A stretch of 64,000 bases of DNA from an uncultured Pelagibacteraceae bacterium (GTDB taxonomy: Bacteria; Pseudomonadota; Alphaproteobacteria; Pelagibacterales; Pelagibacteraceae), in the NCBI GenBank assembly GCA_902532595.1, contig CACAIN010000001.1:46943-110942 (forward strand). Direction: 5' to 3'. Positions 19,185 to 29,621 of the stretch are shown piece after piece. The stretch's first letter is position 1; every line of letters starts with the position of its first letter. A program made the translations under genes and the position numbers. Under the pieces are notes generated by a model. The model searched no databases, was not told the DNA's origin, and was given only the letters and a program-made list of their open reading frames with translations.

Positions 19185-20291
19185 TTAATAAAGAATCGAC
19201 ACTAAACCTGCAATTAACACAAATCCAACGCCTATATAAAGTAGTTTATTTTTCAGGATATGAGCTTTAATTTTTTGAATGCTAGACCCTTTATAGCTTA
19301 ATCCTGTTTCATCTAAACTAGAAGATTTGCTAAAACCTTGATCTCTACCAATATTCAAAAATTTTGCTTTTCTATGATCGTACACTTCTTCCTTAGAAAA
19401 ATTTTCAAAACTAAGTAAATTTTTTATAATTGAATTTTTAATATCTTGAGCAATAGCTTCTGGATTTCTGTGAGCGCCCCCAATAGGTTCAGGAATAATT
19501 TCATCAATAATTCCAAGTTTTAACAAATCTTTTGAGGTCATCTTCATAGCTTCAGCTGCTTCTAAAGATTTGCTTGGATCTCTCCAAAGTATTGAAGCAC
19601 ATCCTTCCGGAGATATTACTGAGTAAATAGAATTTTCTAACATAACAACTTTGTTAGAAGATGCTAAAGCAATTGCACCTCCTGATCCGCCTTCTCCAAT
19701 AATGATAGATATATTTGGAACAGTTAAAGACATAGAACACTCTATTGAATTAGCAATAGCTGATGCTTGCCCTCTTTGCTCTGCACCAATACCTGGGTAG
19801 GCACCCGGCGTATCAATAAAAGTAACTACAGGAATTTGAAATCGATCAGCTAGCTTCATTAATCTAATACATTTTCTATATCCCTCTGGACGCATCATTC
19901 CAAAATTTCTTTCTATCCTTGTATTTAAATCTTCTCCCTTTTCTTGCCCTATAACTAAAACAGATCTGTTGTCTATTAAACCAAAACCTGCAATTACAGA
20001 TTTATCATCTCCAAAATATCTGTCCCCCGACAATAATGTAAATTGGTTAAATATTTTGTTGATATAAAAATTTGCTTTAGGTCTATCTTCATGACGAGCA
20101 ACCAAAGTTTTTTGCCAACTATTTAAATTTGCATAAGTCAGTTTTAATTTTTCGTTAATTTCTTCTTGGGTAGTTTTAATTTTTTTTGTATCTACTTCAG
20201 ATATACCCTCTGATCCAAAAGGGCTTTTGAGATTATCTACTTCTTCTTCTAAAGTTTTGATTTCCTTTTCAAATTCTAAGTAATTTTTCAT
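19185..20291 (-). CDS. accA: Acetyl-CoA carboxylase carboxyltransferase alpha, with hydrophobic C-terminal extension (start ATG 20291)
   Basis: YLEFEK, ARHEDRP, DTPGAYPG, GEGGSGGA, SVISPEGCASILW. Confidence 0.96.
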   Translation of the reverse strand: MKNYLEFEKEIKTLEEEVDNLKSPFGSEGISEVDTKKIKTTQEEINEKLKLTYANLNSWQKTLVARHEDRPKANFYINKIFNQFTLLSGDRYFGDDKSVIAGFGLIDNRSVLVIGQEKGEDLNTRIERNFGMMRPEGYRKCIRLMKLADRFQIPVVTFIDTPGAYPGIGAEQRGQASAIANSIECSMSLTVPNISIIIGEGGSGGAIALASSNKVVMLENSIYSVISPEGCASILWRDPSKSLEAAEAMKMTSKDLLKLGIIDEIIPEPIGGAHRNPEAIAQDIKNSIIKNLLSFENFSKEEVYDHRKAKFLNIGRDQGFSKSSSLDETGLSYKGSSIQKIKAHILKNKLLYIGVGFVLIAGLVSILY

Positions 20292-20420
20292 AATAATAAA
20301 TAATATAGTTCTACTATTAATAGAATTCAATTAAGTCAACAAATTGTCTAAAAAAATGTCACAGTAATTAACATTTCACTTTAAATAACCAATACAGATG
20401 GGTAAAAAGATTGATTATTT

Positions 20421-22565
20421 ATGAATTATATTGAGAAAAATAACCTTAAAATAGATTCAATATTGTTTGAGTTTATCAACAAAGAAGTAATTCCAGGTAC
20501 AGATATTACACCTGAAGATTTTTGGAAAAATTTTGGAAAAACAGTCCATGAACTTGCTCCCACAAACAAATCGCTGATTGAGAAAAGAGAAGCTATTCAA
20601 AAAAAAATTGATGATTGGCATAAAAAAAATGGGGGCAAAGATTTTAACAAGGAACAATATATTAATTTTTTAAAATCTATTTCATATATTATTGATGCAA
20701 AAGAAGATTTTAAAATAAATACATCAAATGTTGATAAAGAGATTTCTTCGATCGCTGGCCCTCAGCTAGTTGTTCCAGTTGATAATGCTAGATATGCGCT
20801 GAACGCAGCTAATGCTCGATGGGGGAGTTTATACGATGCATTATATGGAACTGATGTAATTCCAGGAGAAAAAGGCAAAGGCCATAATAAAGAAAGGGCT
20901 AATAAAGTAATTTCCTATGTAAGAGAATTTTTAGATCAAGTCTTTTCCATTGGCGGCGGAAGTTGGAAAGAGATTTCTAAAATTCAAATTGATGGGGATG
21001 AATTGGTATTAATTATCAATGAGAAAAAAAATTATTTAAAAAATAAAAAGCAGTTTGTTGGTTTCAATGGAGAAAAAAATGAACCTCATTCTGTATTGCT
21101 TAAAAACAACAATCTACACATAGATATTATTATTGATCCAAAAAACATGATTGGAAAGGATGATAAAGCAAATATTTCTGATTTTATTATTGAGTCGGCG
21201 CTCTCTACTATCGTAGATAATGAAGACTCGGTTGCTGCAGTTGATGCTGAAGATAAAGTTAAATGCTACAGAAATTGGCTGGGATTGATGAAAGGTGACT
21301 TAAAAGCAAATATGGAAAAGAATGGAAAAAAATTTGTTCGTAAACTAAATCCTGACAGAAATTACACTGCTAAAGATGGAACAAAAATTAAACTTCATGG
21401 AAGAGCTCTATTATTAAATAGAAATGTTGGTCATCTAATGACCAGCCCTGCTATTATTTTAAAAGATGGATCTGAAATTCCTGAAGGTATAATGGACGCC
21501 TTTATTTCTACTTTGTGTGCGCTTCATGATTTTAAAAATAAAAATAATTCTAGAACAAACTCTTTTTATATTGTCAAACCAAAGATGCATGGTCCAGAGG
21601 AAGTAGCTTTTACTAATACTTTATTTGAAAAAGTAGAAGATGCTCTAGGAATAAAAAGATACTCAATTAAAGTTGGTATAATGGATGAAGAGAGAAGAAC
21701 AACAATAAACTTAAAAGAATGTATAAGACAAGTTAAAGAAAGAATTGTTTTTATTAATACAGGTTTTCTAGATAGAACAGGAGATGAAATGCATACTTCA
21801 TTTGAGATAGGGCCAATGATTTTCAAAGGTGAAATGAAAAAATCTATTTGGCTAAATTCTTATGAAAACTGGAATGTTGATATAGGTTTAAGCTGTGGTT
21901 TTTCTGGTAAAGCTCAAATTGGAAAAGGCATGTGGGCTATGCCAGATAAAATGAAAGATATGATGGATCAAAAGATTGGTCATCCTAAATCAGGGGCTAA
22001 CTGTGCCTGGGTTCCTTCGCCAACAGCTGCTACACTGCATGCAATGCACTATCACAAAGTAAATGTATTTAATGAACAAGAAAAAATTAAATCAAGAGAA
22101 AAAGCAAAATTAAAAGATATCTTAGAAATACCAAAAGCGGATAGAGCAAATTGGTCTGTTGAAGATATAAATCGTGAACTAGAAAATAATGCACAGGGTA
22201 TTTTGGGTTATGTTGTAAGATGGATTGACCAAGGAGTTGGGTGTTCTAAAGTCCCAGATATAAATAATATTGGCTTAATGGAAGATAGGGCAACACTTAG
22301 AATATCATCTCAACATATAGCTAACTGGCTGCATCACGGTGTTTGTACTAAAGATCAGGTAATGACTGTAATGAAAAAAATGGCAACTATAGTAGACAAA
22401 CAAAATCAAAATGATCCTAATTATAAAAAAATGTCTAATGACTTTGATGGTTCAATAGCTTTTTCGGCTGCTTGTGATTTAGTTTTTAAAGGAAGAGTTC
22501 AGCCTTCTGGATATACAGAGCCTCTTTTGCATCAAAAAAGGCTAGAAAAAAAAGCCTCAATTTAA
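20421..22565 (+). CDS. glcB: Malate synthase G
   Basis: [60 protein letters not shown]. Confidence 0.98.
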   Translation: MNYIEKNNLKIDSILFEFINKEVIPGTDITPEDFWKNFGKTVHELAPTNKSLIEKREAIQKKIDDWHKKNGGKDFNKEQYINFLKSISYIIDAKEDFKINTSNVDKEISSIAGPQLVVPVDNARYALNAANARWGSLYDALYGTDVIPGEKGKGHNKERANKVISYVREFLDQVFSIGGGSWKEISKIQIDGDELVLIINEKKNYLKNKKQFVGFNGEKNEPHSVLLKNNNLHIDIIIDPKNMIGKDDKANISDFIIESALSTIVDNEDSVAAVDAEDKVKCYRNWLGLMKGDLKANMEKNGKKFVRKLNPDRNYTAKDGTKIKLHGRALLLNRNVGHLMTSPAIILKDGSEIPEGIMDAFISTLCALHDFKNKNNSRTNSFYIVKPKMHGPEEVAFTNTLFEKVEDALGIKRYSIKVGIMDEERRTTINLKECIRQVKERIVFINTGFLDRTGDEMHTSFEIGPMIFKGEMKKSIWLNSYENWNVDIGLSCGFSGKAQIGKGMWAMPDKMKDMMDQKIGHPKSGANCAWVPSPTAATLHAMHYHKVNVFNEQEKIKSREKAKLKDILEIPKADRANWSVEDINRELENNAQGILGYVVRWIDQGVGCSKVPDINNIGLMEDRATLRISSQHIANWLHHGVCTKDQVMTVMKKMATIVDKQNQNDPNYKKMSNDFDGSIAFSAACDLVFKGRVQPSGYTEPLLHQKRLEKKASI

Positions 22566-23167
22566 TTTCCAGTAACAGGCACCCGATTCTTAAAAGCTGA
22601 AAATAGTGTTCCATCATCAAGTTGTTCGATTTCTCCACCAACTGGCAATCCTTGAGCTAATTTTGTAATTTTAATTTTACCGTTCTTAATTGTATCTTCA
22701 ATATAATGAGCAGTAGTTTGTCCTTCTACAGTCGCACTAGTTGCAATAATGACTTCTTTAAGATTGTTTTTTTTAATTCTTTTAACCAAAGAGTCTATTA
22801 ATAAATTCTTTTGTTCGTAGTTTTCACTAGAATTTAAAGTACCGCCTAAAATATGAAAATAGCCTTTATATATATTTGCAGAATCAATGACCCACATATC
22901 AGCAAGATTTTCAACAACACAGATTTTATCGTATGCATTATCAGTTGAACATATGCAGATTTTATCAATTATCTTTAGATTTCCACAATCAACACAACGT
23001 ACTACATTTTTGTACACCTGAGCTAACGACTTGGCTAAAGGTTTTACCATACTATCTTTATTGTTTATTAATTTTAAAATAATTCTTTTTGCAGATTTTG
23101 GTCCCAAACCTGGGAGCTTAGAGAATTGTTTAATAAGTTCATTTATTTCAGGAATATTGTTGTCCAT
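22562..23167 (-). CDS. recR: Recombination mediator RecR
   Basis: [10 protein letters not shown], Cys cluster, TOPRIM ICVVE, EG.TTA.YI, G.PVGGE. Confidence 0.95.
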   Translation of the reverse strand: MDNNIPEINELIKQFSKLPGLGPKSAKRIILKLINNKDSMVKPLAKSLAQVYKNVVRCVDCGNLKIIDKICICSTDNAYDKICVVENLADMWVIDSANIYKGYFHILGGTLNSSENYEQKNLLIDSLVKRIKKNNLKEVIIATSATVEGQTTAHYIEDTIKNGKIKITKLAQGLPVGGEIEQLDDGTLFSAFKNRVPVTGN

Positions 23168-23488
23168 TTAAAAAGGTAATTTAAGATCAAAAGGTAAATT
23201 TAATCCACCTGTAACCTTAGAAAGTTCTTCAGCAGATTTCTTTTTTAAATTCTGTTTTGCATTATTATAAGCTGCTATAATCAAATCATTTATAATTTCT
23301 CGATCTTCTTTTTTAGCTGAATCACTAATCTTTATAGATTTTAACTCATAGTCACCAGCCAACTTCACAGTTACAAGGTTTCCTCCTGCTGTTCCCTCAA
23401 CTTCAATTTTTTTAATTTGTTCTTGTGCTTCTTTCATTTTGTCCTGCATAGCTTTTGCTTTTGAAAGCATATCTGTAAAATTAGTCAT
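23168..23488 (-). CDS. ybaB: YbaB/EbfC nucleoid-associated protein
   Basis: EG.AGG.LV motif, DLI.AA.N; sits in dnaX-ybaB-recR. Confidence 0.93.
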   Translation of the reverse strand: MTNFTDMLSKAKAMQDKMKEAQEQIKKIEVEGTAGGNLVTVKLAGDYELKSIKISDSAKKEDREIINDLIIAAYNNAKQNLKKKSAEELSKVTGGLNLPFDLKLPF

Positions 23489-25166
23489 TGCTATCTTCTA
23501 TAATGTTTATTAGTTCCGCATCGGGAAATGTTTCTGCAATTTGTTTTGCAATATCAGTATTTTTAAATTCATTTAATTTATTAGATTTTTTATCTATATT
23601 TTGTTCATAAATACTTTTAGCATCATTGTTTTTGCTTAAAGAAATTATCCATCTTTCTCCCGTCCAACTTAATAATTTTTCTGTAAGTGTTTTAATAAAA
23701 TTTTTATTCAATTTTTCATTAAAACTAATATCGATCTTTCTTTTATTAAAACTTACAAGTTTTACATTTCTCTCTAGATCATATCTAAGTTCAACTTCTT
23801 TTTCTTTGTTTGCTTGATCAATTAAATCCTGAAAGCTTGTTATTTCTATTTTATTATTATTCGCTTCTGAAGATAAATTTTTTATTGGATTTGTCTTGAT
23901 TTGATTTATATTTTTTAATTGATTTTTAACCTGGGTTGAAAGATTGTTTTCACTATTCTCTTCCTGAATATTTTCTCCTATTAAATTGGATTTAAAATTA
24001 CCATTATTTTCAACAGTGTCATCTTTTACTAGTTCCTTTTTTTTTTCAATATCTTTTAAATGAACGAGTTGCATTACAAACATTTCTAAGGCTAAATTCT
24101 CATTCCCAACAATTCTTAAATCATCAATAGTTTTAATTGTTAATTGCCAAAATAATCCAATATCTTGCATATCTATATTTTTAGAATATTTGTCTACTAA
24201 CTGTACCTCTGTCTCTGAAACTGTCATATCTTTTTCGATAGGACCTAAATTTATTCTTCTGCTGAATAAAAAAAGGACTTCTAAAATATCATTTAAAAAG
24301 TTTTTGGCATCAATCCCATCGTTAATAAGATCTTTTAAATTTGTAAGCGCATTTTTTTCATTTCCGTTTAAAATTTCTTTAAATAGTGTGAGAATTTTAC
24401 TTCGATCAGCAATTCCTAGCATTTCCCTTACATCTTTTTCCTCAATAGACTCGTTTTTAACTAAAGACTGTGAGACTAACGCTCTGTCTAATAATGAAAT
24501 TGCATCTCTTACTGATCCTTCTGAGGTTCTTGAGATTAGTCTTATAGCATCTTCAGAAATTTTACCATTTTCTTTTTTAGATATACTTTTTAAATGATTA
24601 CAAAGTTCATCTACGTTCACTCTCTTAAGATCAAATCTTTGACAACGAGATAAAATTGTAACGGGTATTTTTCTAACCTCTGTAGTCGCCAATATAAATT
24701 TTAAACTTGGAGGTGGTTCTTCTAAAGTTTTAAGCAAACCATTAAAAGCTTGTTTGGAAAGCATATGCACTTCGTCAATAATAAATATTTTATATTTTGC
24801 ACTTGTGGGACTGTATTTTGAATTTTCAATCAGTTCTCTTACGTCGTCTATTCCTGTCTTCGATGCAGCATCCATTTCTAAAATATCGATATGATTGGAA
24901 TTAATTATTTCTTCACAAGTTGCACAAAATTTATCAGTAGAGCATTTGATTTTATCGTCCTGATTGCTTTGACAATTTAATGCTTTAGCAATTAATCTTG
25001 CTGTTGTTGTTTTACCTACTCCTCTTATACCAGTTAAAAGATATGCATTAGGTGTTTTACCAAGTTTTATAGCATTAGTAATTGTTTGAGCCATTACTTC
25101 CTGACCGATTAAATCTTTGAATTCTTGAGGTCGGTATTTGAGTGCTAAAATTTTATTTGTTGTCAT
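23481..25166 (-). CDS. dnaX: DNA polymerase III subunit gamma/tau
   Basis: LALKYRPQ, GIRGVGKTT, EMDAAS, IDEVHMLS, SRC motif. Confidence 0.97.
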   Translation of the reverse strand: MTTNKILALKYRPQEFKDLIGQEVMAQTITNAIKLGKTPNAYLLTGIRGVGKTTTARLIAKALNCQSNQDDKIKCSTDKFCATCEEIINSNHIDILEMDAASKTGIDDVRELIENSKYSPTSAKYKIFIIDEVHMLSKQAFNGLLKTLEEPPPSLKFILATTEVRKIPVTILSRCQRFDLKRVNVDELCNHLKSISKKENGKISEDAIRLISRTSEGSVRDAISLLDRALVSQSLVKNESIEEKDVREMLGIADRSKILTLFKEILNGNEKNALTNLKDLINDGIDAKNFLNDILEVLFLFSRRINLGPIEKDMTVSETEVQLVDKYSKNIDMQDIGLFWQLTIKTIDDLRIVGNENLALEMFVMQLVHLKDIEKKKELVKDDTVENNGNFKSNLIGENIQEENSENNLSTQVKNQLKNINQIKTNPIKNLSSEANNNKIEITSFQDLIDQANKEKEVELRYDLERNVKLVSFNKRKIDISFNEKLNKNFIKTLTEKLLSWTGERWIISLSKNNDAKSIYEQNIDKKSNKLNEFKNTDIAKQIAETFPDAELINIIEDSND

Positions 25167-25180
25167 TATCTAATTACAAA

Positions 25181-25270
25181 GAGGCAGGCAACAACCTGAA
25201 AAATTTTCACTACGGCTGCTTCTTTTCAGACCTGACCGGGTTTATGAAACATCCACCTGATGCCAACCTC
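25181..25270 (-). ncRNA. ffs: Signal recognition particle RNA (4.5S)
   Basis: Minus strand GGTCAGG-TCT-GAAA-AGA-AGCAGCC domain IV; terminal GAGGTTGGCA/TGCCTGCCTC pairing; usual position upstream of dnaX. Confidence 0.92.
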
Positions 25271-25328
25271 AATATGAGTATATCAAGATCAATTTAAATA
25301 CTACAAGGCTAGATTTGAATTTTGTGGA

Positions 25329-26171
25329 CTATTTTTGCCTAAATGCTGAAGATTCATACACGCCCAATATATCTAGGATTTCAGTATGAAAACCAAGTTC
25401 TTCCATTGCCTTTTTTACTCCTGGTTGATCTAAATGACCTTCTAAGTCCAGATAAAAATTTGCTTGCTCAAATGTATTTTTAACAGAGAAACTTTCTAAC
25501 TTTGTTAAGTTAACTTGGTTAGTTGCAAATCCTCCCAAACATTTATAAAGCGCAGATGGCTCACTTTTAACTCTGAAAATACAACTAGTTATAAATTTTT
25601 TTTCCTTATTAAATTCTGGGTGTTCCACATTTTTTCCCATGACAAGAAATCGAGTAACATTTCCTTTTTCATCTTCTATGTTTTTTTCTAAGATTTTTAA
25701 CTTATAGATATTAGCCGATAATTCTGAGGCAATTGCTGCAATAGATTTATCATTTCCCTCTGCTAATTCTTTAGCAGAACCGGCAGTATCTGCTGAAATG
25801 ATAGGTTGAAATTTATTTTTATTAATTATTTTTTGACATTGTCCAATAGCTTGAGCATGACTTCTAACAAATTTAATATCACTAATTTCTGCATTGGGTT
25901 TACAAAGTAAATTATGTTCAACATTTAAAAAGTATTCTCCATGTATTTGTAATTTATACTTTGGTAGCAAATAATGTATATCTGCTACTCTGCCAGCTAG
26001 AGAATTTTCTATAGGAATAATAATTTTGTAACTTTCGTCCTCATAGGCCTTTTTAAATGTTTCTTCAAATGTTTTACAAGTTTTAATTTCTGCATCATTA
26101 AATAAATTATTAGCAGCAATATGAGAATAAGCGCCTAGTTCTCCTTGAATAGCAATTTTAAATTTTTTCAT
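25329..26171 (-). CDS. pheA: Prephenate dehydratase (PDT+ACT)
   Basis: QGELGAYS, PIENS, SHAQAIGQC, N.TRF, NLTKLES. Confidence 0.95.
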   Translation of the reverse strand: MKKFKIAIQGELGAYSHIAANNLFNDAEIKTCKTFEETFKKAYEDESYKIIIPIENSLAGRVADIHYLLPKYKLQIHGEYFLNVEHNLLCKPNAEISDIKFVRSHAQAIGQCQKIINKNKFQPIISADTAGSAKELAEGNDKSIAAIASELSANIYKLKILEKNIEDEKGNVTRFLVMGKNVEHPEFNKEKKFITSCIFRVKSEPSALYKCLGGFATNQVNLTKLESFSVKNTFEQANFYLDLEGHLDQPGVKKAMEELGFHTEILDILGVYESSAFRQK

Positions 26172-26901
26172 TTTTTCCCATTAAATTTTTAATTTTGATT
26201 AGATCTTCTTCAGTGTCAACACTTAATGGATAAGATTTTATATATCCAACATGTATCGACATTTTATTTTCTAAAGCCCTGAGTTGTTCCAGTTTTCTTT
26301 CTAATTCAAGTTTAGTCCTTTTTAAACTTACATACCTTATCAATGCTTTATTAGTAAAGGCATAAATACCGATATGATGATATAAATGGTAAGTTGAATT
26401 AATTTTTTCTCTAAAAAAATCAAAAGCATTTAAGAATATATCATTTGAAAGTTTTTCTTTTACTGCAACTTTAACTACATTGGGATTGTCTATCTCATCA
26501 TTAGAATTAAAATCACTAGCTAAAGTTCCTATATCACATTTATTTTTACCCATATACGAAACTAAATTAGAAATAGCCTGAGGATCAAGATTGGGCATGT
26601 CTCCTTGTAAGTTGATAATTATATTCGGCTCACTATTTAATGTTTCTTTAAATACCTCAAATATTCGATCAGTGCCTGTTTCATGATTATTAGAGGTTTT
26701 TACTGCTTTTCCCCCAAAATTTTTGACGGTATCTATTATTTTTTCATCAGGTGTAGCTACGTAAACTTCTCCCGCATTTGACCTTATGGCTGAGTCATAA
26801 ACATGTAAAATCATCTCTTTATTGTTTATAAGTTTCAAAGGTTTGTTTGGTAATCTTTGAGCATCAAGTCTGGATGGTATTATTATTGCAATTTTATTCA
26901 T
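26158..26901 (-). CDS. kdsB: CMP-Kdo synthetase (start ATG 26901)
   Basis: IIPSR...RLPNKPL, GTDR, NLQGD.P, HIGIYA, LEQLRAL, VDT.ED. Confidence 0.95.
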   Translation of the reverse strand: MNKIAIIIPSRLDAQRLPNKPLKLINNKEMILHVYDSAIRSNAGEVYVATPDEKIIDTVKNFGGKAVKTSNNHETGTDRIFEVFKETLNSEPNIIINLQGDMPNLDPQAISNLVSYMGKNKCDIGTLASDFNSNDEIDNPNVVKVAVKEKLSNDIFLNAFDFFREKINSTYHLYHHIGIYAFTNKALIRYVSLKRTKLELERKLEQLRALENKMSIHVGYIKSYPLSVDTEEDLIKIKNLMGKNEKI

Positions 26902-26906
26902 AATTG

Positions 26907-26923
26907 TGCGTCTCAAAGACGCA
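26907..26923. promoter_or_regulatory. Candidate RegA/RegR/PrrA box between kdsB and cycM
   Basis: Perfect palindrome TGCGTC-TCAAA-GACGCA (GCGNC-N5-GNCGC) in an AT-rich spacer. Confidence 0.6.
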
Positions 26924-26995
26924 AAAAAATATTAAGTAATTTTAAGTATTTTTTATGTAGTCGTGCTATATGTCAATTAAGTATTTATCAAATTT

Positions 26996-27529
26996 ATGGA
27001 TGGTTTTGAATTAAATAAAATTATAGCAGCAATCTTGGCTACAGTAGTAGTTGTTTTTAGCATTAATAAGTTTGCTGACATCTTGTTTCGTGCTGATAAG
27101 CCTCAACAATCTGCTTACAAAGTAGAAAGAATTGAACCAACTTTAACCTCAACTTCTAACACGGGTCAAGCTGCAGTTGGAATTAATGAATTGTTAGCTA
27201 TGGGAAGTATAGAACATGGAGAAAAAGTTTTTAAAAGATGTAGCGCTTGTCATATGATAGCTGCTGGAGGAAAAAATATGATTGGTCCAAATCTATGGAG
27301 CATATTAGGAAAAAAAACTGGTGTTGCACCTGGATATAAATATTCTAAAGCTTTAGCTGCTTATGGAAAAGATTGGACTTTTGCAGAAATGAATGGATTC
27401 CTGATTAAACCTTCAGCTCATATTAAAGGAACAAAAATGGCTTTCGCAGGATTGAAAAAAGAAAAAGATAGAGCTTCTGTAATTTTATTTATGAACTCTA
27501 AGAGTGATAGCCCTCTTCCAACACCTTAA
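26996..27529 (+). CDS. cycM: Membrane-anchored cytochrome c (CycM/c2 family)
   Basis: MDGFELNK TM anchor, CSACH haem motif, GPNL, GTKMAFAG. Confidence 0.92.
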   Translation: MDGFELNKIIAAILATVVVVFSINKFADILFRADKPQQSAYKVERIEPTLTSTSNTGQAAVGINELLAMGSIEHGEKVFKRCSACHMIAAGGKNMIGPNLWSILGKKTGVAPGYKYSKALAAYGKDWTFAEMNGFLIKPSAHIKGTKMAFAGLKKEKDRASVILFMNSKSDSPLPTP

Positions 27530-28452
27530 TTTAAGCACCAGTTGATAATACTTTTTTGAGCATGCACTCTGTTTAATGCTTGTCTCCAAACTACCGACTG
27601 CTTACCATCGATAACATCATCTGTTACCTCTTCTCCTCTTCCTACAGGCAAACAATGCATGAAGATTGCATCAGATTTTGCTTTTTGCATTAATTTTTTA
27701 TTAACTTGATAGTTTTTTAATTTTTTCTTTTTTAATTTTTTGTTCACTTTATCGTTCATTGAAACCCATTTGTCAGTCATAATACAATCTGAATCTTTGA
27801 CTGCTTCTTCGGGTTTAGTCGTTATTAAAAGATTTACTTTATTTTTTTTTGCCCAATTTAATATTTTTTTATTTGGCATATATTTTTTAGGACAACCTAT
27901 TTTTAGTTGAAAACCAAATTTACCAGCAGCTTCTATCAATGAATTTGACATATTATTATTACCGTCTCCTAACCAAGAGACAACTTTTCCGGTTATCAAA
28001 CCTTTTGTTTCTTCGAAAGTCATAATATCAGACATAATTTGACAAGGATGACTTTTGTCAGAAAGTCCATTTATTATTGGTATATCCAAATGCTTTCCAA
28101 ACTCTTCTAAATTTTTATGGGAAGATGTTCTTAGCATAACAATATCCACATATTCAGTTAATACTTTTGCAGTATCTTTTAAGCTCTCGTCGCCTTTTCC
28201 ATAATGAATACCATCAGGATTTAAGATAATAGAAGATCCCCCAAGTTGTTTAACAGCAATATCAAAAGACATTCTTGTTCTCGTTGAGGGTTTTTCAAAA
28301 ATCATTGCCATTGATTTTCCTTCGAAAGGCTTATCTTTATCTGGTGCAGATTTATTTAAATTTTTTCTATTTATTTTTCTAGATTTTGCTTCCTCTATAA
28401 TCCCTCTTAAGGCTTTAGAAGATAAATCTGAAATATCAATAAAATTTTTCAT
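27526..28452 (-). CDS. argF: Ornithine carbamoyltransferase
   Basis: FEKPSTRTR, HPCQ, WVSM, HCLP. Confidence 0.96.
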   Translation of the reverse strand: MKNFIDISDLSSKALRGIIEEAKSRKINRKNLNKSAPDKDKPFEGKSMAMIFEKPSTRTRMSFDIAVKQLGGSSIILNPDGIHYGKGDESLKDTAKVLTEYVDIVMLRTSSHKNLEEFGKHLDIPIINGLSDKSHPCQIMSDIMTFEETKGLITGKVVSWLGDGNNNMSNSLIEAAGKFGFQLKIGCPKKYMPNKKILNWAKKNKVNLLITTKPEEAVKDSDCIMTDKWVSMNDKVNKKLKKKKLKNYQVNKKLMQKAKSDAIFMHCLPVGRGEEVTDDVIDGKQSVVWRQALNRVHAQKSIINWCLN

Positions 28453-29615
28453 TAGTAATTCTCACATACATTATTTATGATTTTTAATGCTAAATTAATT
28501 TCTTTTCTTGTAACGTTTAAAGGAGGCAAAAGTCTGACAACATTTTCTGAAGCTCTTACTGTAAGCAATCTTTGCTGTAATAATTTCATTATAAAATCTG
28601 TTTGATTTCTATAAAGCGCAAGTCCTATCAATAATCCTTGTCCTCTTACTTCTTTAATAATTTTTGGATATTTATCTTTAAGTTTGTTTAATTCTTGTTG
28701 AAAATATTTACCATTTTTTCTTACCTTGCCTAAAAATCCTTTTTTAAATAATACATCAATAACTGCATTACCAACGCTCATTGCTAAAGGATTTCCTCCA
28801 AAAGTTGAGCCATGAGTTCCAGGTTTCATACAAGATGCTACTTTTTTATTAACTAAAACAGCTCCAATTGGAAAACCTCCCCCAATTCCTTTTGCTATTG
28901 GAACAATATCTGGTTTTATTTTAGCATGTTCAAAAGCCAAAAATTTTCCAGTTCTTCCAATTCCACATTGAACTTCATCTAATATTAATAATATCTTTTT
29001 TTTATTGCATAGTTTTCTAAGTCCTTTTAAACAATAATCTGGAATTACTTTTATTCCTCCTTCTCCTAGTACTGTTTCAACCATAATCGCAGCAGTTCTG
29101 TTAGTAATTGCTTTTTCTAATCCTTTATGATCTCCAAAATTAAAATGATCAAAGCCGTCAACTTTTGGATAAAAACCTTCAGTTAGCTTCTTGCTATTGC
29201 TTGCAAATATAGTAGCTAAAGTTCTTCCATGAAAACTATTGTTGATACATAAAACTCTATTTTTTCTTTTTTGACCTTTGGCATAAAAATACCTTCTAGC
29301 AAATTTTATTGCAGCTTCTGTTGCCTCAGCACCTGAATTCTGAAAAGAGACATAATCTGCAAAAGTTTTTTGTTTAAGTCTTTTAGCTAATTTTTCTTGT
29401 TCAGGTATCGTAAATACATTTGATACATGCCATACTTTTTTAGATTGTTTTTGAATAGCTTTATTTAGATAATCATTTGAATGTCCTAAACAATTCACTG
29501 CTATGCCTTGGACAAAATCTAAATATTTCTTTCCATTTGTAGCGTATAAAAAGCTTCCTTTTCCTCTTTTAAAAGCAATTTTTTTTCTATTATAAGTATT
29601 TAATATAGCGCTCAT
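28452..29615 (-). CDS. argD: Acetylornithine aminotransferase
   Basis: NSGAEA.E, FHGRT, DEVQCG.GRTG, AKGIGGG, HGSTFGGNP; coupled to argF. Confidence 0.94.
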   Translation of the reverse strand: MSAILNTYNRKKIAFKRGKGSFLYATNGKKYLDFVQGIAVNCLGHSNDYLNKAIQKQSKKVWHVSNVFTIPEQEKLAKRLKQKTFADYVSFQNSGAEATEAAIKFARRYFYAKGQKRKNRVLCINNSFHGRTLATIFASNSKKLTEGFYPKVDGFDHFNFGDHKGLEKAITNRTAAIMVETVLGEGGIKVIPDYCLKGLRKLCNKKKILLILDEVQCGIGRTGKFLAFEHAKIKPDIVPIAKGIGGGFPIGAVLVNKKVASCMKPGTHGSTFGGNPLAMSVGNAVIDVLFKKGFLGKVRKNGKYFQQELNKLKDKYPKIIKEVRGQGLLIGLALYRNQTDFIMKLLQQRLLTVRASENVVRLLPPLNVTRKEINLALKIINNVCENY

Positions 29616-29621
29616 ATTTAG

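Noticed and set aside
24190-24597. 135-aa antisense ORF in dnaX (similar ones at 43151-43654, 47120-47696, 37039-37350, 15655-15993)
   Set aside because: They lie over conserved genes on the other strand and show no recognisable features.
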